NCBI GenBank assembly: GCA_963708075.1
Contig: OY970194.1
Coordinates: forward strand, 5,376,001-5,440,000
Origin: Sedimentisphaerales bacterium
GTDB lineage: Bacteria; Planctomycetota; Phycisphaerae; Sedimentisphaerales; Anaerobacaceae
Direction: 5' to 3'
DNA length: 64,000 nucleotides
The translations under genes and the position numbers were made by a program. Position 1 is the first letter of the stretch, and each line of letters begins with the position of its first letter. This document shows positions 19,516-32,278 of the stretch, piece by piece. The notes below the pieces were generated by a model. The model saw only the letters and a list, made by a program, of their open reading frames with translations, was not told the DNA's origin and ran no database searches.

Positions 19516-22500
19516 ATGGCAGGGAAGACGAGCAATACGGATAGTGCCGAGGCGGCGGGATCAAGAGGTACGCGCAAACGACGGAGCCTCGAAAAGCTGC
19601 GGGACTCTACAGGACGCACTGAAGAACGTGGGCTTAGGGCCGTGCGCGAGATCGCCATGGGCGGCCTGGCTGCGACCTGGAATGCTTCCCAGGCAAGCGT
19701 GGAGCGAGGTGCGGCACTGCTTCCGGGGTGGCTGCGCCGCTTGGGATACTACGCCCTGGCCCTGCTCTTCGTGGCGGTGGCGGCAGCGCTGCGCTGGGCA
19801 CTACCGGATGCACTGAGCCTCACACCATTTCTGGTATTCTACCTGGCATGGGTAGGTGCCGCAGCGTTTGGCGGGCTGGGACCGGGGCTGCTGGCGACGG
19901 TGGCCTCATGGTTGTGTGTTGAGCTTCTGTTCGATTTCACCCCCGGACAGGTCGGCTTCACCGACCCGGCGTCAGTAGGCAGGCTGATAGTTCTGCTGGC
20001 CGGCGGACTGGCCGTCAGCCTCATCGGCGAGAAGATGCGCCGGGCCCGAATCCGCGAGCGCCGGCAGGTGCGGAAGTTGGCAGAGCTGGCCCAATTGACG
20101 AATCTGGGCCCTTTGCTGATTCTCGACTCGCAGGATCGAATCATCAGTTGGAGCGACGGCTGCACCAGGCTTTATGGCTTTACCCCCGAGCAGGCCATCG
20201 GCCGCGTCGGCCACGAATTGCTCCGGACTCAATTCCCCCAGCCCCTGGAAGCAATCCACGCTATCCTGCACGAAACAGGGCGGTGGGAAGGCGAGCTGAT
20301 TCACCGCCGCTCTGATGGGACGAATGTGAACGTTGCCAGCCTGTGGGTCTTGCGCGACGGCACTTCCAATCCGGCGGTCCTGGAAATCGACAACGATATT
20401 ACCGACCGCAAGCGGGCGGAGGAGGCGCTGCGCGCCAAGCAGGCCGAGCTCGAACTGATCCTCAACCGAACGCCGTTCATGCTCACCCGCTGCACTCGCG
20501 ACCTGCACTACCGATACGTCAGTCGCGCTTACGCCGAAATGATCGGGCGCACTCCCGACCAGGTTGCCGGCAAGCCGATCCTCGAAATCATGGGCGAAAA
20601 GGGCTTCGAGACTATCCGTCCGCACGTGGAAGCCGTCCTGCGGGGGCAGCCGGTCGAATACGAGGCCCCGGTTCACTACCAAGGCATCGGCCCGCGTTTC
20701 GTGCATGTTGTTTACGCGCCGGATGAGGACGAACAGGGCCACGTGATCGGTTGGATCGCCTCGATCATCGATATTACCGAGCGCAAGCAGGCCGAGCAGG
20801 CGCTGCGGGAGAGGATGAAGGAATTGGCCTGCCTCTACGCGGTGGACCGTGACATACAGGAAGACTTGTCCATCGATGAACTTTGCCGGCGCGCTGTCGA
20901 GCACCTGGTTCCAGCCCTGCGGTTTCCGGAGATTACCGTGCCGGTGATTGAACTGAATGGCAAGCGATTCACCTCGGAGAACTATGCCGAGGGGCTGTCG
21001 CACGGCCTCCATGCGGCGATCAGAGTGGAGGGCGAGGTCCTTGGGCGCTTGACGGTCTATTATGCCCAGGAGAGGCCTTTCATACTTCCCGAGGAGCAGA
21101 ACCTGATCGACGGTGTCGCTGAGGCCCTGAGCATGTGGCTGGAGCGCACGCGGATCGAGGAGGCGCTGCGGGAGAGCGAGGAGAAGTACCGTGGCATCGT
21201 GGAGACCACGACGGAAGGGATCGCGATGGCCGATGCCAATGCCCGGATTGTCTTCGCCAACGACCGCTGGTCGGAGGTTTTCGGCTACAGGCTGGAAGAA
21301 GCCGGACCCGTAACCCTCTTTGATCTGGTCTTCCCGGAGGACCTGGCCCAGATGACCGACCGGTGGGAATCGCGAAAACGCGGCCGGACGGAGAGTTACG
21401 AGTTCCGCTTCCGACGAAAAGACGGCAGCGCCGTCTGGACCTTGATTGGCGTGGCCCCGAGGCTCGATCCGGAGGGGAAATTTCTTGGCACGCTGGTCAT
21501 GGTCACCGATATCACCCAGCGCAAGCGAGCGGAAGAGGCGCTTCGCCGGAGTGAGCGCCAATTCAGGAGCACGTTTGAGAACGCGGCCGTTGGGATTGCC
21601 CATGTCGCGCTGGATGGACGGATCCTGCAATGCAACAGCCGATTCTGCGAGATCGCCGGTTATTACTGCGATGACATTCTCGGCAAGACCTGTGAGGAGA
21701 TCACGTTTGCCGACGATTGGCAGGCCGAGCGGACCCAGATGCAGCGTCTTTTGGATGGGCGGGTCGATCATTACTCGATTGAGAAGCGATACATTCGCAT
21801 GGACGGCAGTCCTGTCTGGGTCAATCTGACCCGATCGATTCAACGGGATGATGCAGGCCGGTCGGAGTATTTCATCGTCCTCGTCGAGGATATCTCAGAG
21901 CGTAAGAGAGCAGAGGAGGCCTTACACGAGTTGACCGCGACGCTGGAGAGCAAGGTGGCTCAGCGAACAGTGGAGCTCAAGGATCGGGCGAAGCAGCTCC
22001 AAAAACTGACACTTGACCTGTCGGAGGCGGAGAGCCGCGAGCGTAAACGTCTGGCGGGAATCCTGCATGACGATCTGCAGCAGATGCTGGCGGCGGCGAA
22101 GTTCCACCTGGGTTTGGTAAGCAGCCGGTGCAAGGATGACGTGACGTTGCAGGAGATGACCGGGAAGGTCGAGGAGTTGCTCGTAGAGGCGATTGACAAG
22201 TCTCGCAGCCTGTCCCGCGAGCTGAGCCCGCCGGGGCTGGCTCGCAGCGACCTGCGAGAGACCTTCGAGTGGCTGGCGGGCCAGGTGCAGGTGAAGCACG
22301 GCCTGACGGTCCACGTGGATGTCCGCGACCAGATCGAGCTGCAGTCCGAGCCGCTCAAGGCCCTGCTCTACAAGGCGGCGCAGGAAATGCTGTTCAACGT
22401 GGTCAAGCACGCCCAGGTCCGGGAGGCCCGGCTTCGCCTGCGGCGCCGGCGCGGGAACATATGCCTGACCGTGTCCGACAAGGGTCAAGGATTCGACCCG

Positions 22501-22665
22501 CAGGAACCCAGCAGCACGGCCGGGTTCGGGCTGCTGAACATCCGCGAGCGTGTCAACCTGCTCGGCGGCCGCATGAAGGTCAGGAGCGCCAAAGGAAAAG
22601 GGAGCACCTTCCTCATCGTTGTGCCCGACTCGGCGCAGCAGGCAAACCAGATCGATCGCGCCTGA
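19516..22665 (+). CDS. Membrane sensor kinase: DUF4118-like TM region, multiple PAS, HisKA_3, HATPase
   Basis: Hydrophobic segment 'FGGLGPGLLAT'; four PAS/PAC repeats; 'GILHDDLQQ', 'NVVKHA', 'DKGQGF'. Start codon uncertain. Confidence 0.9.
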   Translation: MAGKTSNTDSAEAAGSRGTRKRRSLEKLRDSTGRTEERGLRAVREIAMGGLAATWNASQASVERGAALLPGWLRRLGYYALALLFVAVAAALRWALPDALSLTPFLVFYLAWVGAAAFGGLGPGLLATVASWLCVELLFDFTPGQVGFTDPASVGRLIVLLAGGLAVSLIGEKMRRARIRERRQVRKLAELAQLTNLGPLLILDSQDRIISWSDGCTRLYGFTPEQAIGRVGHELLRTQFPQPLEAIHAILHETGRWEGELIHRRSDGTNVNVASLWVLRDGTSNPAVLEIDNDITDRKRAEEALRAKQAELELILNRTPFMLTRCTRDLHYRYVSRAYAEMIGRTPDQVAGKPILEIMGEKGFETIRPHVEAVLRGQPVEYEAPVHYQGIGPRFVHVVYAPDEDEQGHVIGWIASIIDITERKQAEQALRERMKELACLYAVDRDIQEDLSIDELCRRAVEHLVPALRFPEITVPVIELNGKRFTSENYAEGLSHGLHAAIRVEGEVLGRLTVYYAQERPFILPEEQNLIDGVAEALSMWLERTRIEEALRESEEKYRGIVETTTEGIAMADANARIVFANDRWSEVFGYRLEEAGPVTLFDLVFPEDLAQMTDRWESRKRGRTESYEFRFRRKDGSAVWTLIGVAPRLDPEGKFLGTLVMVTDITQRKRAEEALRRSERQFRSTFENAAVGIAHVALDGRILQCNSRFCEIAGYYCDDILGKTCEEITFADDWQAERTQMQRLLDGRVDHYSIEKRYIRMDGSPVWVNLTRSIQRDDAGRSEYFIVLVEDISERKRAEEALHELTATLESKVAQRTVELKDRAKQLQKLTLDLSEAESRERKRLAGILHDDLQQMLAAAKFHLGLVSSRCKDDVTLQEMTGKVEELLVEAIDKSRSLSRELSPPGLARSDLRETFEWLAGQVQVKHGLTVHVDVRDQIELQSEPLKALLYKAAQEMLFNVVKHAQVREARLRLRRRRGNICLTVSDKGQGFDPQEPSSTAGFGLLNIRERVNLLGGRMKVRSAKGKGSTFLIVVPDSAQQANQIDRA

Positions 22666-23990
22666 GAATTTCGTATTTCCGGGTGGCAGCGGCAAGGCTG
22701 TTTGTAGTGACGCCGTAAGGCGTTGTCTTGTATGCCCTTACGGGCACTTTGGTGGCGGATTCCGGTTTCCGCGTAGGACGAGCGTCCCCGCTCGTCCATT
22801 GCAGGGATCTGCAATCGACAGGATGTGGTGCGAGGCCATGCGACAAAAGGGGCGAGCGGGGACGCTCACCCTACGAAGAGCGGCACCAATCGCCACCGTA
22901 TGTGGACTGCGCCTCTTTCGTCCCTTACGGGACTGGCTTTTGTCCTCGGCCCCGGTTCCCCAGCGATAAATCGCTGGGCTATTCTCTATCGCCCTGCGGG
23001 CTTGGACTTCGCTCCAGTCCTCTTGCGTCGGGTGGAATCCGAATCCGCCACCGTATGCGGCCTGCGCCTCTTTCGTCTCTTACGGGACTGGCTTTTGTCC
23101 TCGGCCCCGGTTCCCCAGCGATGAATCGCTGGGCTATTCTCTATCGCCCTTCGGGCTTGAACTGCGCCCGGACGGGTCGATGACCATCCCGCAGGCGTTG
23201 CGGCTATTCTCTATCACCCCGCGGGCTTGGACTGCGTCATGGCTGAGCTTCGTGATACTGCAAAATTGAAGGCTATCCTCTATTGCCCTGCGGGCTTGGA
23301 CTTCGCTCCAGTCCTCTTGCGTCGGCTCGTCCGCCCCACAGGGGCGATCGACACTAGCCCACCGTTTCAACGGTGGGTACGATAGTCAATCCTATCTCAA
23401 AGCCCCGTAGGGGCGAAAGAAGATTGGGCTGCGCTCTTGTGTCGGGTGGAATCCGAATCCGCCACCGTATGCGGATCGCCCCTCTTTCGTCCCTTACGGG
23501 ACTGGTTTTTATCCTCGGCCTCGGTTCCCCAGCGATAAATCGCTGGGCTATTCTCTATCGCCCTGCGGGCTTGAACTGCGCCCGGACGGGTTGATCACTA
23601 TCCCACAGGCGTTGCGGCTATTGGCTATCGCCCTGCGGGCTTGGACTTCGCTCCAGTCCTCTTGCGTCGGCCCGTCCGCCCCACGGGGGCGATCGACACT
23701 AGCCCACCGTTTCAACGGTGGGTACGATAGTCAATCCTATCTCAAAGCCCCGCAGGGGCGAAAGAAGACTGGGCTGCGCTCTTGTGTCGGGTGGAATCCG
23801 AATCCGCCACCGAATGCCGACCGCACCCCCGGACGCCACCTTATACCGATTACGATTGAGTATTTCGTAGCTCCGGGTGCAGCGGCAAGGCCGAAGGCTT
23901 TGCCGATGGCGAATGGGACAAACCATCGGCAAGCTGCGCTTGCCGATGCCACCCAAGGCTTAATGACTTGCTATGAGAAACTCAGGTGTA
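22666..23990. repeat. Large multi-family REP/BIME-like mosaic (~1.3 kb)
   Basis: Module A at 22912, 23068 and 23481; module B at 23333 and 23678; 'GGTGGAATCCGAATCCGCCACC' three times; GTAG-type doublet at 22773-22874; family D at both ends. Confidence 0.92.
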
Positions 23991-24009
23991 ATCGGTATTA
24001 TCCTTAACG

Positions 24010-24041
24010 AAGGGAGGCAAGTCATGGGGCTTGCCTCCCTT
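24010..24041 (-). terminator. Hairpin, likely the original terminator of the 25298..28660 gene
   Basis: AAGGGAGGCAAG-tcatgggg-CTTGCCTCCCTT perfect 12-bp stem. Confidence 0.6.
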
Positions 24042-24043
24042 GA

Positions 24044-25266
24044 TAGGGCTATCGCATCTAAATTGAGCCTTTGTAGGTGTGGTTTCGTATTCTTCTCAGA
24101 AGCAAGACACTCAGATTAGAGAGGAATACGTTCTTGATGAGCAAGTCGATTTGGGATCATTTTGCCGCGGTTCCTGATCCTCGCGTGGAGCGGACGAAAC
24201 GGCATGAATTACAGGATATTCTGGTCATTGGCGTCTGTGCCGTGATCTGCGGGGCTGAGCACTGGACGGACGTAGAGATGTTCGGCAACGTCAACGAGGA
24301 ATGGTTTGGCACGTTTCTGGACCTGCCCAATGGCATTCCATCGCATGATACCTTTGGTCGGGTCTTTGCCGCCCTGGACCCGGATGCGTTTGAAGCGGTC
24401 ATGCAGGCGTTTGTGGCGGATCTGGCCGGCAGCAGCCGGGGCAAGCACATCGCCATCGACGGCAAGACCCTGCGAAACAGCTTTGATCGGGTCCGTGCCA
24501 AAGGCCCGTTGCACATGGTCAGTGCCTGGGTCCACGAGAACTGCGTGGCTTTCGGCCAACGGGCGGTCGATGCCAAGAGCAATGAGATCACCGCGATCCC
24601 GGAGTTGCTCAAGCTGCTCGACGTGGAGGAGGCAACCATCACGATTGACGCCATGGGTTGTCAAAAGGAGATCGCCGAGCAGATCGTCGATCAGGGCGGC
24701 GACTATGTGCTGGCCCTCAAGGCTAACCAAGGGACTCTGTACGAGGATGCCCGGATGTACATGGAGGACGGCATCGCCCACGGGTTTGCCGGCGAGCAGG
24801 ACTTCTGGGAAACCGTGGAAAAAGGCCATGGACGACTGGAAACCCGCCGGGTGTGGACTACCAGCGATGTGGGATGGCTGCAAGGGCGTCACGACTGGCC
24901 GGGTCTGGGCAGCCTCACGGCCATCGAGCGAGAGCGTCAGGTCAACGGCCAGTGCGAACGAAAGCGACACTACTTCATCAGCTCCCATCCGGGACACTGT
25001 GCCCAGCGTCTGGGGACATTGATTCGCCATCACTGGTCCGTGGAGGTCCAGTTGCACTGGTCGCTGGACGTGAGTTTCCATGAGGACGCCAGTCGAGTCC
25101 GAGTGGCCAACGCCGCCGAGAACTTCTCGCGATTGCGTCGAATCGCCCTGATGCTGCTCAAGCAGGAGAAGACGGCCAAGGGCGGCATCGCCGCCAAACG
25201 CCTCCGAGCCGGCTGGGACCAAGACTACCTGCTTAAGGTCCTTGGCATTTAGATGCGATAGCCCTG
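24044..25266 (+). mobile_element. ISAs1-family insertion sequence (1223 bp)
   Basis: Inverted repeats (T/C)AGGGCTATCGCATCTAAAT at 24044-24063 and 25247-25266; 10-bp target duplication CCTCCCTTGA at 24034-24043 and 25267-25276. Confidence 0.95.
24137..25252 (+). CDS. ISAs1 family transposase
   Basis: 'VPDPR', '[12 protein letters not shown]', 'IAIDGKTLR', 'KSNEITAIP', 'TIDAMGCQ', 'HGRLETR', 'HWSVE..LHWSLDV'. Confidence 0.95.
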   Translation: MSKSIWDHFAAVPDPRVERTKRHELQDILVIGVCAVICGAEHWTDVEMFGNVNEEWFGTFLDLPNGIPSHDTFGRVFAALDPDAFEAVMQAFVADLAGSSRGKHIAIDGKTLRNSFDRVRAKGPLHMVSAWVHENCVAFGQRAVDAKSNEITAIPELLKLLDVEEATITIDAMGCQKEIAEQIVDQGGDYVLALKANQGTLYEDARMYMEDGIAHGFAGEQDFWETVEKGHGRLETRRVWTTSDVGWLQGRHDWPGLGSLTAIERERQVNGQCERKRHYFISSHPGHCAQRLGTLIRHHWSVEVQLHWSLDVSFHEDASRVRVANAAENFSRLRRIALMLLKQEKTAKGGIAAKRLRAGWDQDYLLKVLGI

Positions 25267-25297
25267 CCTCCCTTGATGAACGTATTGCGCTCCGCTG

Positions 25298-28200
25298 TTA
25301 CGGCAACGGGGGCGTGCCCAGCGTCTGGGGCTGCTGGAACAGAACAAACGACATGTCCTCGCTGGCCCCGGTCTGGTCTTCCAGGGGCTCCCAGCGGACG
25401 CCGCCGGCGCCTGTCACGTAGGAGCCGGCCACGGCATCGTCGTTGAAGTAGTGCTTATGGTTGGTCCAGCCCCACGGATAGGGTACTGCGGTCGGGCTGC
25501 TGTATACGGCCACCACGCTGAACCAGTAGACATTGACGCCTTCTTTCTGATGGAACCATTGATCCACGGGCAGCGTGACGGAGTACCGGAAGACCGGCTC
25601 GCGTCCCTTGGCCGCGGTGGGCTGTTCCGGGTGCTTGTCAAAGCCCACCAGGACCTCGTCGAAGTCAACGGCTCGGTACTCCCAGAGCTTCACACCCGGA
25701 TGACTGAAGCTGGTGGGATCGTTGGGATTGGAGTTCGGCACATCCGACCAGATGGACAGGAGGAAGTAGTCCGGCTTGACCGGCGGCGTCTGGTCGTTGC
25801 ATCCACACGCCTGATAGTCATATCCGATGTACGACCCCCACCACACGGCCGCAACCACCGGCCTGGGCGTGGTGCACAGCCAATCGTCGGCCACCTGCCG
25901 AGTGACTGTCGACGAGTTCTGGCTCGACGTGATGATGTCAAAGGCCAGGGCGGTGTGCCGACCCTGCAGGGGATGCTGCGCAGGGTAGGCGAGTGGCTTC
26001 CAAGTGCCGTTGTACGGCTCGTCGGCCTGGGCCCAGACCGCGTCGTCGTTCCAGGTCTGGAGCGAGGTCTTCCATCCGAGTCGGGTCGCCGTACTGCGGG
26101 GGGGATGGATCAACTGCGCCTGGACGCTCAACCAGTAGACCACGGGTCTGTCCCGCGTCCCTTCCTGCATGAAGGCCTTGGCCGGATCGATGGTGAAGGT
26201 GTACTGGTACACGGCCTGATGGTTGTTCGCCTCGTACGAGGACTCACACGGGATCGCAAAGCCCTGGACGTCGGAGGCGATCTTCTCCACACTGAATTGA
26301 CCCTTGGCGAAGACCTTGCTCCAAAGGACCGCGCCGGGCATGCTATACCCGGCGGCACTGGCGGTGGCCGGGACATCCTTGCGGATGCTCAGGGTAAAGG
26401 TCACATCGTTGGCGTCGTTGCCGATCAGGATGTCCTGATACCAGGACCCCCAGATGTCGATCTGGGTGACGGGCCCGGGGATCGTGCACTGGTAGTCGTC
26501 GGCCAGGATCTCCGGACAGGCCAGCGGCGGAATGTCGGTGGTGGCATCCATGTCGACGCCGGTCCTCGACAGGTCCGGCTCTTGCAGCCACTTGAGGGCG
26601 ATGGCCCCGGTCTGGGCCAGGCCGCTCATGGACTGCTCGTCTTCGTAGTGGGGCCAATCCCGAAGGCCCGTGAAGGGCTGTTGCCACTTGACGTAGTCGG
26701 GGTCCGTGTCCAGGGCAAAGGCCATGTCGAATTTGGCCCTCCGGCCGCAGGCGTCGGGTTCCTCTATCGGTTGGATCTGAATGGCGCTGATGGGCAGTCC
26801 CGTGGGAGTCACGGTCAGTGAGCTGACAAATCGCACCGCTCCATCCATCCACCACCACGGGCGGGTCTTCCAACCCCACACATGGTCCGGCCTCTGGGTC
26901 TTGTACAAGGCCGTGATGGCGATCCAGAAGATGTCGCCGTCATACCGTTGCTGCCAGAAGTACTCCTTAGGATCAAGCGTCAGCGAATATGTGAAACAAC
27001 TGTCCGACGGTTGATTGGGGAAGCGGTCTAATCCCGCCGGCCTGGCGTTGACGCGGTCCGGCCCAACCTCGAACTGCCAGAGCATCTTGCCGGGACGACT
27101 GTACGGATTGGTTTGATCGGCCGGGGTATTGTCCCAGAAAGTGATCCGCCATCCGTCCGGTCCGATGGCCGGCGGCGCCTGCTCCTGCCATCCTTGGTAC
27201 GACCCCCACCAATGGATACTGGTAACGGGCATAGGACCCAGACAGCGGAAATCGTCGGCCGGGTAGCTCGATGAACTCGTCGTCGCACCGGGTATCGCCT
27301 CGGCGTAGGATGGCTCGTCCCAGCCGCAGAAGGTCACGCTCGCAGCCAGCGGGTTCCACTCGATCGCGGGTTGCTCCCACTTCAGGGGTTCCGGCGTGGC
27401 GGCGGGTTGGCTGCCGGTGATCACGAAGGCCAGGTCGATCGACTCCCGGGTCTGGGGATCGCGCAGCTCCATCCATCGACCGCTGGACTTGGAGTACCAG
27501 ACGGCGTCGTCGTTGAAGTGGGCGCTGCCCGACTGCTTCCATCCGATGGCGGGCAATTGCGCAAAGTCCACGGCCAGCCAATATACTGTGCCCTCCTGTT
27601 GGATGAAGGGATCCGGGATGCGGCAGATGTCGATCTGCTGCCAGGACGTGTGGTCGTCCCGTCTCCACTGGCCGGTGGCCGGATCAAACCAGCCCTGCCC
27701 GTCTCTCGGCATGTCACGGATCACGAAGTCCCCCGGACCGAAGAACCTCGCCCACAGGGCCTGGCCCGGCTCGCTGTACAGCGGGCCCTTGCCGTCCGGG
27801 TCCGGGACATCGGAATAGACCGTGACCCAGAATCCGGGGATCTGGACCATCCTATCCTGGCTCCAGGAGACCCAGAAATGCAGATCATCGACCGGCCCGG
27901 TCCGGGAGCACCTCCAGTCATCGGCGAGCACCAACGAGTTGAAGGCTATGTCCAGGCCGCCTGCCTTGGGCGTCTGGGCCCAGTGCATCTTGTGATCGTC
28001 GCCTTCCTTCCACTGGCAGGAGCAAGGCGCCTGGCTGCAGTCTATGCCCGGCCCCTGGGGGATGCCGTTTCTTGCGAGGCATTCCGCTGCCGTGGCGCTC
28101 ACGCAGGTCCCGTCCGGCAGACAGCAGGCCTGCCGGGGCTCCGGGCTCACACACACATGCTCGATACTGCCGTCTTCGATCGCGACATTCGTGCCGCGGA

Positions 28201-28660
28201 TGTCGATGGACACCCACTCCGGGCACAAGTCACCGATTTCAGTGGCGAAGCCATAAGCCTTCGAGTCGGTGACCTGTTCGTTAAGAAGGGTCTTTCGCAC
28301 GATGAACTGCTCGTCGGAGGCCTTGATCGGGGGGTTGCCGGTCGTCCCTGTGGACCACTGGCTATTGGACCAGTTGAGGGCCAGCTCGATCCTGGATGGC
28401 GCCGTCGGCTGCAAAGGCCGGATCGTCAGTGAGATATTGACGGTCTTCCTGCCGGCGGGGTCCAGGGGACCGTTGTAGAACCACTGATTCCACCACCCGC
28501 TGTTTGGATAGAAGAACCAGTGTCCCTCCTGATAGCCGCTCCCGCCTCCCTGGACGACGGCCCCTTGGGTGTCCACCGTGGCAAAGAAGGTATCTTGTGC
28601 CGCCTGAACCGTCCCGCACAACAGCATCAACATCAATAGAGCATCCCTGTTTCTTCGCAT
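25298..28660 (-). CDS. Large secreted repeat protein with four related 'KWxQ..ADDxxC..W.NDDAV' domains and a Cys-rich linker
   Basis: Signal peptide; 'ACCLPDGTC' Cys repeat; ADD(W/F/Y)xC occurs four times. Confidence 0.8.
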   Translation of the reverse strand: MRRNRDALLMLMLLCGTVQAAQDTFFATVDTQGAVVQGGGSGYQEGHWFFYPNSGWWNQWFYNGPLDPAGRKTVNISLTIRPLQPTAPSRIELALNWSNSQWSTGTTGNPPIKASDEQFIVRKTLLNEQVTDSKAYGFATEIGDLCPEWVSIDIRGTNVAIEDGSIEHVCVSPEPRQACCLPDGTCVSATAAECLARNGIPQGPGIDCSQAPCSCQWKEGDDHKMHWAQTPKAGGLDIAFNSLVLADDWRCSRTGPVDDLHFWVSWSQDRMVQIPGFWVTVYSDVPDPDGKGPLYSEPGQALWARFFGPGDFVIRDMPRDGQGWFDPATGQWRRDDHTSWQQIDICRIPDPFIQQEGTVYWLAVDFAQLPAIGWKQSGSAHFNDDAVWYSKSSGRWMELRDPQTRESIDLAFVITGSQPAATPEPLKWEQPAIEWNPLAASVTFCGWDEPSYAEAIPGATTSSSSYPADDFRCLGPMPVTSIHWWGSYQGWQEQAPPAIGPDGWRITFWDNTPADQTNPYSRPGKMLWQFEVGPDRVNARPAGLDRFPNQPSDSCFTYSLTLDPKEYFWQQRYDGDIFWIAITALYKTQRPDHVWGWKTRPWWWMDGAVRFVSSLTVTPTGLPISAIQIQPIEEPDACGRRAKFDMAFALDTDPDYVKWQQPFTGLRDWPHYEDEQSMSGLAQTGAIALKWLQEPDLSRTGVDMDATTDIPPLACPEILADDYQCTIPGPVTQIDIWGSWYQDILIGNDANDVTFTLSIRKDVPATASAAGYSMPGAVLWSKVFAKGQFSVEKIASDVQGFAIPCESSYEANNHQAVYQYTFTIDPAKAFMQEGTRDRPVVYWLSVQAQLIHPPRSTATRLGWKTSLQTWNDDAVWAQADEPYNGTWKPLAYPAQHPLQGRHTALAFDIITSSQNSSTVTRQVADDWLCTTPRPVVAAVWWGSYIGYDYQACGCNDQTPPVKPDYFLLSIWSDVPNSNPNDPTSFSHPGVKLWEYRAVDFDEVLVGFDKHPEQPTAAKGREPVFRYSVTLPVDQWFHQKEGVNVYWFSVVAVYSSPTAVPYPWGWTNHKHYFNDDAVAGSYVTGAGGVRWEPLEDQTGASEDMSFVLFQQPQTLGTPPLP

Positions 28661-29202
28661 GTCTGTACCCTTTCAAAATGAGACCTCCATGGGATGGGAT
28701 CCATATGGATGGACACTGTGTCTATCCTGGAAACCCCCCGGTACGTACCCGATGCACATTGGCTTCGTTTGCACGGCGAGCTCTCCTCCGCGAACGGATG
28801 AACGGGAGTGTATGTGCTGTGAAACAGGATTGGATTCGCGGAATCATCCTGACCTCACCTTCCGATGAAATGTGGACTGCAATTGGCCGGCGCATCCGCG
28901 CAACAGCCAGCACGATCCTGGAGGGACATGTTAAACTCCGGGCGGCTGGTGTCTATGGGACGAGACCTTAGTTTCGCGTCGGGGCGGCCCTGTTTCCTGC
29001 ATCGGGCAGGACACTACTGGCTTCGCTCAGGCAGGCCTTGCGTGGGAATGGCGCGGCCAATGACGTTTTGGGCGTATCCGGCCTTGTTCGTGGTTGACGG
29101 TGGCGAGGAAACCGGACCGTCGCGAGTTCGGTCGAGCCAGGACTGGATCTGACGTGCGGCGCTTGGCCTGGACCCATTTGGGCGAATGGCCCTGTCCGGC
29201 GC

Positions 29203-29323
29203 AAAAAAAGAGGGAGACAGCGACCCCCCTTGAGAACCTTGGTCAGCCATCCCCCACTGGAAAAGAAGGAAGGAGTATTATGAGCAAGTTGTTCACAAGC
29301 TTATCGTCTTGGTTACCCCTTAC
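29203..29323 (-). ncRNA. Candidate trans-acting sRNA (~120 nt)
   Basis: Minus-strand TTGCCT(29357-29352)-16 bp-TATACT(29335-29330); internal ACUCCUUCCUUCUUUUCC; terminator AGGGGGG-ucgcug-UCUCCCU followed by C and U7. Confidence 0.5.
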
Positions 29324-29533
29324 ATCTAAAGTATAGGCAACATTCCGCCCGAGGCAAAACGGGGAGAGCGAATTTCTGTGGGGCCTGTTCAGGGTCGTTT
29401 CCAGGGGTGCCGCAGGACGAACATCCGGGGCCAAAATCGACTATAATAAGAGTGGGAAACAAGGCGGTGGACGAATGGCCGGCGATGGTGGCTCAAGGCG
29501 GTTTTTTCCGTGAAATTGCACCCCTCAGGAGGC

Positions 29534-29562
29534 TTGACTTTTTGCGCGATTGCCGGTACTCT
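29534..29562 (+). promoter_or_regulatory. Putative gyrA promoter
   Basis: TTGACT 29534-29539, 17 bp, TACTCT 29557-29562. Confidence 0.45.
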
Positions 29563-29688
29563 GGCGGCCTTGGAGCAAGCTCTGACTACGGATGGTGACC
29601 GGTGTTCCATTGAGTCGCGTCACTCCCCGATTTGCTGCAATCTTGCGTGGTCGCAGCGCTCCGTTTTGTGAAAGAAAAGACAGAGGAA

Positions 29689-32256
<2,568 letters not shown>

Positions 32257-32278
32257 GAAACTGTTTCAAAACGACGAA

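Noticed and set aside
22900..23650. CRISPR array
   Set aside because: Spacers are reused between loci, repeats are degenerate and embedded in REP-like modules, at most three are consecutive, and there are no cas genes in the window.
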